Assembly (NCBI GenBank): GCA_013265495.1
Contig: MU058824.1
Coordinates: 4,615,111-4,677,110, forward strand
Length of the DNA: 62,000 nt
Source of the DNA: Vicugna vicugna
Taxonomy: Eukaryota
Direction: 5' to 3'
A program made the translations under genes and the position numbers. Of this stretch, positions 11,460 to 23,132 are shown in pieces (position 1 is the first letter of the stretch; each line of letters opens with the position of its first letter). The notes below the pieces were generated by a model, which saw only the letters and a list, made by a program, of their open reading frames with translations, did no database searches and was not told the DNA's origin.

Positions 11460-12250
11460 TTCTTTTATTCATTATTTATTGAGCTCCAACTACATGCCAG
11501 GCATTGGGCTAGCTGTGGAAGTGGTGGTGCTGGTGGGATTTCAAAGACAAAAATCCCTGAAATAATTTGCACTCTAATGAGAGATACCGCTAAGTAAATG
11601 AATAATTATAACTCATTTTCATAATTGCTATGATTGAGGTCAGCCCAGAGTCCTGCATGAGCAGAGAAAAGGGGCACCTAGTCTTGGGGACTTGGAGGAG
11701 GGATGATTTCTCGGCCAAAATCTGTGAGATGAGTAAGAAGAGGTGGCCAGGTACAAAGTGGTGTAAGGTGAGACACAACAGGCACCAGTAGGAAACTGTG
11801 AGCAATGCAGTACACCGCTGTGGAGAGCAATGGCCAGAGGAGCCTAGCCAGGCACCAGAAAGGCAGAACTGCACAGGCATTTCTGTGCCAAACTCAAAAG
11901 TTGGGACGATATCCTGAGGGCAACTGAGATTAACTAAAAAAAAAAATTTAAATAGGACAATAACATGTACAAATTTGTATTTTTGAAAGATCTTCTGGCA
12001 GTAGGATAGCCTGGAGAGAGACAAGGCTGGGGACAGGAAGACTACAGTGTGGGGCACTGGTAATAAACCGGGTGAGAAGTGGATGGGCAGAGGTAAAGAG
12101 AAGTAGACTGATTCAAGAAATGCTAAGAAGATAAAATTGACCATTGGATCATTGGATGTGTAGGATAAGACAGAGGGACATGCCTGGAATGTCACCGAGG
12201 TTTTTGGCTTTAGTTACTGATTGGATGATGGTGCTATTAACTGAATGCCT
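11460..12250 (-). mobile_element. L2 LINE 3' portion
   Basis: tattcattatttattgagctccaactacatgccaggcattgggctag (reverse L2 3' end) followed by L2-like body (tttgtatttttgaaagatcttctggc, ggatgatggtgctattaactga). Confidence 0.65.
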
Positions 12251-13231
12251 AGAACAGTGTAGGTGTTTAATATGTGTTGGGTGAACGGAGGACAAAGGAT
12301 GACGGCCAAGTTTGGAAGGAATCATTGGTTATAACACATTTGCAGAGCTTGTGGAAAAGGCTGGTAGAATAGTAGAAAGCTGGCTATTTGGGTCTAAAGC
12401 TTAGGAGAGAGGTCTAGGCTGAAGACATCTTTCACCTAAAGACAGCTGTATGTTGTGTGATGTTCTAAGCATAAAGAGATATTATCATGCAAATGAGACT
12501 GTGATTGTGGGATTGATTGTGTTGTGCAGAGTCAAAATAGTGTGCCAGATAATGTCTCCTCCCCCTGCCAATCTTTGTCTAATTATAACAGGAAGAGGGT
12601 TTAGAATCATGGCAGAGTAGAAGGCTTACCGCCGGAATACACAGCCAGGTGGTCAGTTGTCCCACTTTAAAGGCACAGATACCTGTAACAGAGTCTGAGG
12701 TATAGTTGCCATTCTGATTCAAACTCTAGTCTTATTCATCTGAAAGCTGGGCAATGACTCTCACATTGGTGCTTGAACTTGACTCTCCCAGGCCCTCAGG
12801 CCAGGCCTTGATCAATGGGCACTAACCCTTGTTCACCTCTGCACCTCATCTGTTCATCCACTGCTTCCTGCTATTCCAGACAGAGTTCAGAATTCCTCTA
12901 GTGGAATCCTGGCCCCCTCCCACCTCCATTGTGACTTTGTCCATACTCTGCCCTTTCAACCAACCTTCCCTGGTGTAAAGGGGCATTGACACTACGGGCT
13001 GTCAGTGTCAAGACAGAAGCATCAAAGGCAAAAGCCACATCTGGTCAGGCTTCAGATCCCAAGAGACCATGGGTAAGACAAGAAAACCTAGTTTGACAAT
13101 TAGGCACAGAATTGTAGACTGTGGCCCTGGCCAGAGTCAAAGACCGCAGGACACTAACTCTTTCTCATTCTCCTTATGGAACTTCAGGCTTTGTCAGGAG
13201 TACTGCGTGTCTCTTCCTCCTGAAGAAATCT

Positions 13232-13520
13232 GCTCATTTATTTAGCCAAGCAATTCATGTTCTCTAAGCACCTATTTTGTGCCAGATCCTATGTTAGGAC
13301 TAAAGACATAGATGAAAAGACAGGCCTTCCTTGGAGAAACTCACAGGCTAATGGGAATACAAGTGAACAGTCCATTGTAATGCATTGAACTGGCATAGGA
13401 GTAGCACAAGGAGCCATGGAAGGCAAGAGGAGGGGCCCCCAGACAGACAGGGGAAGTCAAGGACAACTTTTTGGTGGAGGTGACACTTCATTGCCTTTAA
13501 ATGGGAATAAGAGTCCCACA
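13232..13520 (-). mobile_element. L2 LINE 3' end fragment
   Basis: ctcatttatttagccaagcaattc...aagcacctattttgtgccagatcctatgttagg. Confidence 0.55.
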
Positions 13521-14451
13521 GCTAAAGGTCCCACTCCTTGGGGATGCAGACAAGATTCTTGGCTAGAAGTACCCTCAGCTCTTGTGGAGGATAAGGAAAT
13601 CTGAGTGGGAAGTGCCTCCCACATTTACACCGCACCACCCTTGCCTTGTGGTGAGACTGACCGTCAAGCCAAACAGTTTCAGACCTCACTGCTGAAACCA
13701 TGCTCTCGGGGGTTGTGGTCTCTTGCTGGTGCCTGCTCTCAGGGATGCATCTTAGCCTCACCTGCCTTTCCATGCCTCCTTTCTTAGTCTCACATGCTTA
13801 TATAATTTTTGCTCTCCACCAATCATGACTTCTGGCCTCCCCCTTTCTCCTACCCTTGGAGAGCCATAGGCAGCCCTTCTCAAGTTCATAGAAGGCTAGC
13901 TGTGGTTCAGTAACACCAGGAACACAGAAGCAAAGTATGAAGGTGACAACCTGGAGAAGTGAGAGAAGCCCTCCTCCTGCTTCCTGGCATCAGGGCTGCC
14001 CAACCACCTCCCCCACTTCAAGGCCCTTGCATACCATGCTCCTGAGGAGCCAGTCCCACCATCTACTCTGCACCTGACCAGTCCTCTTCCCTTTCCCTCA
14101 CCTTAGACACTTCAAGGAAACAAAGCTAAGTTTGACTCTAATGTTGGGAGGAGAGATTGAGAATTCCCACAGTCACAGAGAATTCAGCGAGATACATGTC
14201 CATCATCAAATAAAACTTCACTGATAATCTTCTTGCTCAGAACTGAAGACTGTCTTCAGTCACTTCTGACAGGCAGACACAGATGGAGTGGATTCCAGGG
14301 TGGGAAGGGATCTGAAGACACTTGTTGGGCGATGAGAAAACCTTGAGGAAAAAAGTCTAACGGGGTAGGGATGAAGACTGGTGGTTGAGATAGATAACAC
14401 ATGGGGGGAGCTTGGGTAATTTTTCCTTCTTACTCAGTCCTCCATACCCAG

Positions 14452-14562
14452 GTCTCTACATTGGCTGGCGCTGCCCCCATTATCTATGGGACTGTTTCCA
14501 GATTGGGGATGAGTCCAAGTGCTTTTGCGGACACTTGTTGAGAGAGCATCATATTATCTCAG
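14452..14562 (+). CDS. FAM221B: FAM221B coding exon 3
   Basis: cccag|GTCTC...TCAG|gtaggg, 111 nt, GLYIGWRCPHYLWDCFQIGDESKCFCGHLLREHHIIS. Confidence 0.92.
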
Positions 14563-14725
14563 GTAGGGGAGAAGCGACCATCCCTTGTCCGTGTGGAGCG
14601 AGAACCACCCTTTGTCATGTGTTGGGAGGTCTGAAAGCAAATGTGTGTGTATGTTTGTTTGCGGGGAGACAGGCCAAGTCCTATCGGGTCCTGGTCTAAT
14701 CCTACCACTGCCCCCTTCTCCACAG

Positions 14726-14923
14726 ACATATCTGTGCCCTGCAACGTGGGCCAGTGCCGCTGCCTCATGTTCTGCTTTATCCCATCACGCCCAGAGGAGG
14801 TGGGTGAGTTCTGGCTCAAGAGACGGACCACCTTTGACCCCAGGGCTTGGAGGGCCCAATGTCGCTGCAAACACAGCCATGACGACCACACAGCTGCCGG
14901 GTCACATTCCTGCAGGGTCAAAG
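14726..14923 (+). CDS. FAM221B: FAM221B coding exon 4
   Basis: cacag|ACATA...AAAG|gtacct, 198 nt, DISVPCNVGQCRCLMFCFIPSRPEEVGEFWL...HSCRVK. Confidence 0.92.
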
Positions 14924-15103
14924 GTACCTTCTAGGGCAAGGGGAGTGTAGGGGTAGGGATACGTGCAAACAGTCTGGGGATGAGGATGGGGAGCTGGAAG
15001 GAGAGACTTGGGCTTATGGTTGGTGAGGAAGAGATGAGAATGCAGTCAGCCCTGGGGGAAGCCCCAAGTCCCTGTACTTTTCTTAGCTGCTCCCTTGCCC
15101 TAG

Positions 15104-15223
15104 GCTGTTCCTGCAGCTGCTTTGAGTCTAATTTTCTCTGTGCTGCCTGTGACCGGCGCTGGGAGGAACATGAGACTTTCTTTGAAACTGAGGAGACCCG
15201 GCGACGAGGAGGGAGGCCTCACG
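15104..15223 (+). CDS. FAM221B: FAM221B coding exon 5
   Basis: cctag|GCTGT...CACG|gtgagg, 120 nt, GCSCSCFESNFLCAACDRRWEEHETFFETEETRRRGGRPH. Confidence 0.92.
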
Positions 15224-15374
15224 GTGAGGGGGCAACCTTGGGCAGGGGCCCATTCCAGGGTCTGTAATCAGAAGGCCAGGCAGGAAGGCACTCCTCCCCT
15301 CAGCCATCCCATCCAGGACTGCTTCACCCACTCTCTCCCTGAAGCCCATACCTGCACTGGTTTCCACTCCCCAG

Positions 15375-15556
15375 GAGCAGACTATATGCCTTTTGCAGAG
15401 ATGCCTACTGTCCAAGAAGCCATCGTCAACAACTCTGACTTCGAGATCCTCCAGAAGGAGGGGCCCTCTGGCCCTCCCAGCCCCCACCCTAGTCCCCCTG
15501 GGCTCCCTAGCCCACGCAGCCTCCAGCCTGGTCCTATGTCTAACCTGCGTCCCTGA
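15375..15556 (+). CDS. FAM221B: FAM221B terminal coding exon (proximal acceptor)
   Basis: ccccag|GAGCA; GADYMPFAEMPTVQEAIV...NLRP-TGA. Confidence 0.75.
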
Positions 15557-15586
15557 CCCGTTCACCTCTGCTCTTCCCTCCTCCAG

Positions 15587-15624
15587 CGACAGACACTGTC
15601 AACACCTGGCACACGCCTCTGTGA
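15587..15624 (+). CDS. FAM221B: FAM221B alternative terminal exon (distal acceptor)
   Basis: ctcttccctcctccag|CGACAGAC...CTGTGA, same phase, ATDTVNTWHTPL*; resembles the human C-terminus as I recall it. Confidence 0.5.
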
Positions 15625-15834
15625 GCCTGGCCCAGTTCAGCAATAAAGGGGAAGCCACTGGAATCTGACTGGCTCTGTATGAGGCAGATAGAGCCCACCC
15701 AGGGACAGATACCTTAGGACCTTAGACTCAGCACCTACTGGGGGAAAGAGAGAGGACCACGCAGGAGAGAGGTTGGATCCAGCCATCTGCCTCCACCATA
15801 CCCACATTCAAGCTGCTAGCTCTGGCTTCAGAAG

Positions 15835-16150
15835 GAGAGAGTGGCTTCAAGGAAGCTAAAGAAGGAAAGGATTTCAAGAAGGATAGAGTGAGCAGTGATG
15901 TTAGATGCAGGTGGGGGCTCCAATAAGATAAAAACTGAAAAGTGTCCATTGGATTTTGTAATTAGGTCTTTGGTGACCTCAGAGAGTGCAGTTTCAGTGG
16001 TGCAGTGGAGGCAGGAAGCAAATAGCAGTGAGTATGAAGGAGTTTCTTTAAGAAACTTAGATGGAAAGAGCAGGGAAGAAGTCAGACAATACTCACAGGG
16101 GGATGTGGAGTCAAGGAAGCATTTTTTAGGAAGGGAAAAGGGAGGGGCCA
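15835..16150 (-). mobile_element. L2 LINE fragment
   Basis: aagataaaaactgaaaagtgtccattggatttt...ggtgacctcagagagtgcagtttcagtggtgcagtggagg. Confidence 0.6.
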
Positions 16151-18004
16151 GTAGAGAAAAAGACCTTGAAGGATGCACGAGAGAAAGAGAGATGCCTGGT
16201 GAAACCAGATCTCAAAGATGGAGGGGATGAGGTCAAGGCAGAGGTGAAGGGATTTACTCTGGATGGAGAAACACCACTTCCTAAGACGAAGAAGAAGGAA
16301 GAAAGAAAGGATGGGGCCTTCCCTGAGCTGCAGGGAGTAGGATTTTGTGGAAGTTCTCCTGTGAAATAGGAGACAAGGTCAGTTCCTAGTTGGGGAGGAG
16401 AGGAATAAGAGTCGGGAGTAGGAGACAGGAAGAGAAAGGTGAAGTTTGGGAGGGCTAATGAGGGGAACTGGAGAAAAACCTCACCAGTGGGTAACTGAGG
16501 ATTCAGATATAGTTGGAAGCATGAACCTAATTAGAGAAGCAAACTAGATTAATGGGTGGTGATGGGAGTGTCAGGGGGTGTCAGGGAGGATGATCAGCAA
16601 AATACAGCAAAAGAAGGCTTGAGGATGTGGAAGGCACTGACCATACAGATAGGGAATGAAAGTGAAGCCCGGAAACAATTGACAGATTGAAAAAGGAACA
16701 GAAGTCTCTAATGAGGTCCAGTAGCAGCTGTAGTGGCAGGGATCGAAGTATAGGAGACAGTGGCCAGAACCTGCAAAGCGCTGCTTTCCAATGAGAGCAG
16801 CTGCAAGTGATCACAAGGGCCTGGAGGAGAGAAGACGGTGGGCCAGGAGCCAGCGTCAGTGAATGCAGGGGAGTGACTAGGAAGCCCATAGATGATTCTT
16901 ATGGGGAATAGGAGATTCTGACACCTCTGTGGCCTCTGTGATCTTGGGCAAGTCATTCCGTTTCTGGATCTGTAAAATAGTATAACCTCTGTGCTACCTG
17001 CCTCTAAGAGAACCCAAAGAAATAACCAGTTTCAAAGGATTTTGTACTCACCTACCTGTCCTGGCTGGTTTCATTCCTGTCTTAGATTCTGGAACCTCTT
17101 ATCTCTTGCCCTTCTCCAGAGCAGCTCTAAGGGATGCTACTGTCCCAGAGGCACCACAGAGAACTGCAGCTTCCAGGGCACAGAGGCCATCTAACCTTCC
17201 AATGAAAGGAATGCAACTTTGCTAGAACTCCTGGGGGAAATCACAGGGTCAAATGTCTGCCCTTTGGAGGAGAAAGGACTCTCTAACAATAATATGGCTA
17301 TTCAAAAGAGATAATTACTATCTATAGAAGAAGAGTTTCTCATTACTGGTTATATACAATTAGCACCATGATGACCATTCACTAAAACCAATTCAACTAA
17401 TAATCAACAACAAAGGAGTGGTTACTATGATAAATTCAGTCAAGGAAGCATTATGCAGCTATTTCAAAGCATATTTACACAGACTATGTAATAATATGGG
17501 AAACTGATTGTAGATGAGAGAATAAAAATATGCAATACATTGCCTTATATTTTATGAAAAAGGAGATGAAAACACCAAATGTTATTCATTCTACAAGTAA
17601 TTATTGAGCACCTATATACGTCAGGCCATGTGCTAAAAAAAAAAAAAGATACAGTGGTGACTTGTGTCCTGTGTTAAACTCAGACTAAAACTTACCTGGT
17701 GTGAGCATATTAGCATTTTGTGACCCCATATTTCTGATGTCAAAATATATATTCCAGCAGAACGAAATATACTTCTGACCTAGTCATAACGCATTTCCCT
17801 TGTCCTTCAAACCCGCCTTACTTACAGAAAATGCCAGGCACAGAGCTAACATATCACATATTATTTCTGATTGGGAAAGAACATTGAATACGTACTCCTC
17901 TGCTTATTAGAGAAGTAAGTTAATAGCTTTGAAACGATCAAGGGTCTGAAACTGTCCTTGTAGGGTGAACGCTGGTTATCCATCCCATCAGTTAAAAAAT
18001 GACC

Positions 18005-18960
18005 CCGTCCCAATTCACCTTCAGCCCCACCCGCTTGGCGTCCTCCACCCGCCTCTTTCTTCAGGGACTCCTACCGCCTGGAGACTCCGAGGTCAACAGT
18101 GCCTCTTGGAGCCAATAAACGCCGTATCCCGAACCCCGCCCTCCTCCTGGCCAATGGGGTGAAAGGGTCTACAATCTCGGAGCCTCCGTGCGGCAGGTGA
18201 CTGAATGCCGCCCCCTTCCTCGCAGCCCACCAGTAGGGGCAGCCCCGAATAGGAGGAACCAATACGATAAAAGTTCTGCCACCCACGAGCCGCAACCTAA
18301 GCTAGACGGACGTTGTGTTGAGAGCCAATAAGACGGAAATCCCACCTCCAGGTCTCTCGGTCCTTCCAATGGAGTGAGAAACCATTTCTTAGCGAAACTA
18401 GGGAGGGGATCCAATGGAAAAGGAACTTTCACGCTGACTAGAGGACGAAGCCAATGGAATGGAAAATGCGCCCTTTAGTTGATATAAGAAGCCAATGAGA
18501 TTAAAAGATCCCGCCTCTACCGAGGCGGTGGAGCCAGTGGAGTAGGTTGGGCCGGCTCTGGGCTGAGCGCGGCGTGCCGGGCCCAGGAGCGCGACCCAAT
18601 GGGGTGGCAGGGTTCGCTCCGGGCCGCGGGCGGAGCCAATGCTCCGCGAGGAGCCGGCGCGCTGGCTCAGGTGGGTGGGTCCTGTGGCCGAGGGGAAGAT
18701 GGCGGCAGCCGTGGTGCTTGCTGCCGGGCTCTGCGTAGTGCGCCGGGTAGTGGCGGTCGCGGGGCCGCGGGGGGCTCAGGTGAGAGGTGGCCATGGGGCA
18801 AGGAGGGGGTGCCGCGGGCCTGACGCCCTCCAGGGCCGGGGACCGCGCTCCTCGGCTCCTCGCGGCGCGCAGAGCCCTGCTGCCTCGCGGGGCCGGAGCC
18901 TGAGCGCCTGTCCGGGAACATTGCCCCTCCCGAAACGCAGGCTCCAGGGCTGTGCGGTGA
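18005..18960 (+). promoter_or_regulatory. HINT2 promoter / CpG island with CCAAT-box array
   Basis: 11 plus-strand CCAAT pentamers between 18010 and 18640, GC boxes, CpG-rich through exon 1. Confidence 0.8.
18699..18779 (+). CDS. HINT2: HINT2 exon 1 (mitochondrial presequence-like)
   Basis: aagATGG Kozak; MAAAVVLAAGLCVVRRVVAVAGPRGAQ; CAG|gtgaga. Confidence 0.92.
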
Positions 18961-19993
18961 AGTCGGACTGGTGGTCGCAACAGCCTCTCCAAAAGCCTCG
19001 GCATGGGAGAAGTGATGACCGACGCCCTGAACAGGCCCGGGCACCGAGGTTGGGACAGGGTCAGTGCAGCGGTTGCTGCCTTCTCCTAAGCTGGCCTGAA
19101 GCTTAGCCAACTGAACCCCTGCTCTGGGCAGCTCCTCAGTGCCCCCTGCAGGACGTGAGCTTTTTCTCCTGGGAGCCAGTCTTCTGGTTCTGCCCCGTCA
19201 GGACCCTGACCTACTGAGAACTACTGTTAAACTTTATTCTTCCTCCTTGCCAGACCGACTCAAAAGGTCAGATTCATCCCGTCCTTTTCTCCCACAATCT
19301 GACTTGAGCCTTCTCTCAGCCCCTGGGAAACGGGCTTCTCTACCTTCAGTCCCCCTGGGGCTGGGGTTAGTTGTGTTCACTAAACTGAACTCCTTCCACT
19401 GACGGATTCAGGGGACTGTAGTCAAAATTCACAGTAAGAGGTCAGATGTGACACCCAGACGCCCTTGTGTCAAAGAGGGCAATTGTATCGAAACCTGAAT
19501 AAAACAGGTAACATGGCTTAAAGATCAGAAAACAAGTAATGGAAATAAGTGGAAACTTCTTAACAAGGTAAGAGTAAATGGAAAGAGCTCCAAGTAGTCT
19601 TCAGAGATGATGCAAACCACCCCCTTTATATTTGAAGCCAAAGGAAGGGATTTATTTAAGGTAATTCAGTAGTAAAATAGGAACTGGGACCTAAGCCTCC
19701 AGGTTCTCCTTTTGGATCCTTTCCCTGAACAGTGCTAGATTTCCTGGACACTTTAGGGTTAGGAATCAATTGTATTGGTGAATTCTGCATTGTAATACTG
19801 CATGTTATCTAACCAGGCCCAGCACCATCTGGCCCTACTCTCTGCTGCTGATGCTCTGAAATTGAGAAACTTTTCCTTTGAATGGGAATCGCTAATAGGT
19901 TATTAGAAGGGCGAAGTTAATGGCTATCAGAGCCCAGCCTCTGCCAGCCCCGACTAAGTACATGAGAGAGATATTGCCAACTCCCTCCCTTGA

Positions 19994-20182
<189 letters not shown>

Positions 20183-20215
20183 TAGGAATTTCATAAATAC
20201 TATCTGCCCTGTTGA

Positions 20216-20422
<207 letters not shown>

Positions 20423-20456
20423 TGAAGCCACCTGTCTCCCTTCCCTTTCCCTGTAG

Positions 20457-20529
20457 CTTCTAGGACACCTTCTCCTTGTGGCCAAGAAGACAGCAAAGGC
20501 TGAGGGGCTGGGAGATGGATACCGACTTG
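20457..20529 (+). CDS. HINT2: HINT2 exon 4
   Basis: tgtag|CTT...TTG|gtgagt; LLGHLLLVAKKTAKAEGLGDGYRL. Confidence 0.96.
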
Positions 20530-20592
20530 GTGAGTGACTTTTGGCCCTTGAGCCCCTCAACTATGAATTCTCATTCCTACCCCTCAATATAA

Positions 20593-20742
<150 letters not shown>

Positions 20743-21409
20743 ACCTACTAAATGATCAAGGACCCTTGACCTGGATGCTTGGATGGGGTGGGGAGAAAAA
20801 GGTCCCTGTGATGCTAATAAACTTGTTCTTCTTCAATTCTGGATCCCTGTCTTAAATACATATTTATACCACAAATAGGAAAGAAATTTGTTGAAGACTA
20901 TGATCCTCCTTGACTATGATCTGAGACACTAAGGAGGCCCATCTTATAGTAAAAGTAGCATTTGCCTATTTATCTGTGAGCTCATGACTAGTGGTCCACC
21001 TGGGTCAGGCTTCAAGAAGAGTAGCAGTAGGAAAAAATCTGGATGAGTAGGAAAAGACTGAATCCCAGGAGTGAGACTTGCTCAATTCAGATGCCAGGCC
21101 AAGTTCTAAAGGGCTGGAAGGAAGGTGGTCAATGTAGGGGCTTTTTATTGGAGAAGTAATCACACCCAAAATAGTTGCTACCCATTAACTAATCCCTGTG
21201 CCTCACCATTTTGATTTTAAGCTGTTGTCTGATGTATTTTCACCCTTAAATTCTTTGAAAAGATGCCCCTACTTTTGAGACTGAACTAAGGGGAAGCTAC
21301 TGTTGCTCCTACACAAATACACCAAGTAGGCTTTTGTCTGATACCACAGCCCTTTACCTGTCTTCAACACAAAGAACCACCTTAGAAAGCCTCCAAAAGT
21401 CCTTAGGTG

Positions 21410-21641
21410 TGGAGGGCGAGGCCTTAGGCCGGTGGAATCTTAAAAGCCGGACTGAGGCGTAATCGAGTACCAGTACGGACGGACAGAAAGCGAACTTCCC
21501 AGACCGCAGCAGGCTTAAGACTTCCGCCCCGCAGAGCACTTGCCTCCACCCCCACCCTCCGCGTCCGCCCAGCTCTAGTTCTGCGCAGTCTCCTGGAATG
21601 ATTTGCTGTCTCTATGGCAACCCGGTAGCTGGCGTCTGAGG
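21410..21641 (+). promoter_or_regulatory. SPAG8 promoter (CpG patch, GC boxes, RFX X-box)
   Basis: ccgcccc motifs at about 21524 and 21565; X-box GTCTCTATGGCAAC at 21608-21621, 20 bp upstream of the ATG. Confidence 0.7.
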
Positions 21642-21679
21642 ATGGAGACCAGTGAGTCTACCAAGCTATTGCGGCCACG
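21642..21679 (+). CDS. SPAG8: SPAG8 exon 1
   Basis: aggATGG; METSESTKLLRP; ACG|gtgaga, phase 2 matches exon 2. Confidence 0.8.
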
Positions 21680-21779
21680 GTGAGAGCCGCAGCTCTGGCT
21701 GCAGGCATAAGGGGACAAGAAAGGTGAGCCGGCTTCCCTTGCTGCGCTTTTACAACTTTGCTGCTTTCGCTTTTTTCAG

Positions 21780-22530
21780 ATCTTTAAACGTACAGCCCTG
21801 CTCCGAAGAACTAGGATCCACTTCGGATCCCATTCCTGCTTTGGATGGCCGTCATAGGTCGGCCCTGGCAGCCACTGCAGCCAGTGCAGCCGCCTCTACT
21901 GCCAAAGCATTATCTACACAGACCTCAGCGCCCTACTCCGGTCGGAGCCTTCTCATGGAGCCCTCCTCTGACAGTCTTGGGGAGCGCCACTCTGGATCCA
22001 GATTTACCCACAAGACAGGCCATAGGAGGGCTGGCTTTGAGCCAGCCTACGTTTCCCATGTTACTTGGAATCCTGACACTGCAAATGACCTTCGCTCTAG
22101 CCATGGCCCTGTTCCTGGCTCCAGCTCTGGCCCTGTTCCTGGCTCCAGCTCTAGCCCCAGTCCTGACTCCAGTTGTGATCCTGGCAGTGGCTCTGGCCCT
22201 GGTGGTGATTCTGGTCCTGGTCCTGGTCCTGGTCCTGGTCCTGCCTCTGCCTCTGATTCTAGGCGTAGTCCAGGCTATGGTCATGCCCCTGGGTTCAGTT
22301 CCTCTGCTCTGCCAGGCTTCAGAAGCCCCAGGGCACATCTGGTCCCTAATTATGCCTCCTGGAGTTACCACAGCCACCGGGAGCCTCGGAAGCAACCCTG
22401 GAAATGTTTGCAAGTCTCAGAACCTGGTGCCCGAGGGCTATGGAAGCCCCCTGAGGTTGAAGGGACTAGTAAAGTTCTCAATGAAACACTGCCACGGGGC
22501 CAGTGCCTTCTCTACAACTGGGAGGAGGAG
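21780..22530 (+). CDS. SPAG8: SPAG8 exon 2
   Basis: ttttcag|ATCT...GAG|gtatta; 751 nt; SLNVQPCSEELG...CLLYNWEEE. Confidence 0.92.
22105..22256 (+). repeat. Coding low-complexity repeats: 2x 24-bp GPVPGSSS unit and (GGTCCT)n
   Basis: cctgttcctggctccagctct twice; ggtcct five times at about 22213-22242. Confidence 0.8.
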
Positions 22531-22633
22531 GTATTAAGGTTTTGACCTGCTCCTTTTTCTTGAAGGCTGTCCCCAGCTGATAAGGGTGGGTACCAGGAAG
22601 GATTATTGTGGTAATTCGACTTGGGGCCCACAG

Positions 22634-22805
22634 AGAGCCACCAACCACCTGGATCAAGTCCCAAGCATGCAGGATGGTGAGAGTTTCTTTTTCCGACATG
22701 GACACCAGGGGCTGCTGACCTTGCAGCCACAGTCACCCATGTCCTCCAGCACCACCCAGAAAGACTCATACCAGCCTCTAGGAAACCACTATCAGCCAGT
22801 TCGAG
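22634..22805 (+). CDS. SPAG8: SPAG8 exon 3
   Basis: cacag|AGAGCC...CGAG|gtatga; RATNHLDQVPSMQDGESFFFRHGH...QPVR. Confidence 0.9.
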
Positions 22806-23001
22806 GTATGAAACATGAGAGATTGGGCCAGAATGACTCCATTAGAGAAAAAGAGAGAGAGGAGTATTGGGTGGGACTATGGATTGTCCAATGGATCTAA
22901 GGGTAAAACCTGATTTCCCTTCCTTTTCTCAAATTCATTTTCTTCTGGGCCTGTTTCTTAACCAGACTCCTCAACTCTGTCCATTCCCTGACCTCCCACA
23001 G

Positions 23002-23047
23002 GGAAGCGTGAAGCCATGCTGGAGATGCTCTTGCGACACCAGATCTG
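23002..23047 (+). CDS. SPAG8: SPAG8 exon 4
   Basis: cacag|GGAAG...TCTG|gtgaga; GKREAMLEMLLRHQI. Confidence 0.92.
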
Positions 23048-23132
23048 GTGAGATGCTGGATGAAGGGGAACAGGGAGGGGGAGGACAAAAATTGGCAGGG
23101 GAATGGCCTTGACGCCCCCTAGGACTGTGCAG

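Larger units (their letters stand above)
9234..15647 (+). other. FAM221B: FAM221B gene (coding span through polyA signal; 476 aa with the proximal terminal acceptor)
   Basis: Six coding exons join in frame (676+144+111+198+120+182 = 1431 nt); Cys/His-rich FAM221 domain (CFCGHLLREH, CRCKHSHDDH, CAACDRRWEEHET); AATAAA at 15642-15647. A probable non-coding first exon ends near the AG|GTATGT donor at 7602. Confidence 0.88.

Noticed and set aside
11590..12195. 201-aa hydrophobic minus-strand ORF
   Set aside because: Lies within a degraded L2 element; no domain or splice support.
12481..12494. Sox-Oct composite-like ATTATCATGCAAAT in a FAM221B intron
   Set aside because: The Sox half mismatches (ATTAT versus ATTGT), and a lone octamer is expected by chance in 62 kb.
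18010..18640. Regularly spaced motif with unique spacers, superficially CRISPR-like
   Set aside because: The repeated unit is only about 5-9 bp, the DNA is mammalian and there are no cas genes; better explained as NF-Y boxes.
18639..18698. In-frame upstream ATG adding 20 aa to HINT2
   Set aside because: This ATG is part of the last CCAAT(G) box and so probably lies upstream of the TSS; 18699 has the strong Kozak context and begins the expected presequence.
21845..22537. Overlapping 230-aa (plus) and 162-aa (minus) ORFs in SPAG8 exon 2
   Set aside because: Shadow frames of the hexamer-repeat coding sequence (LVLVLV, RTRTRT).
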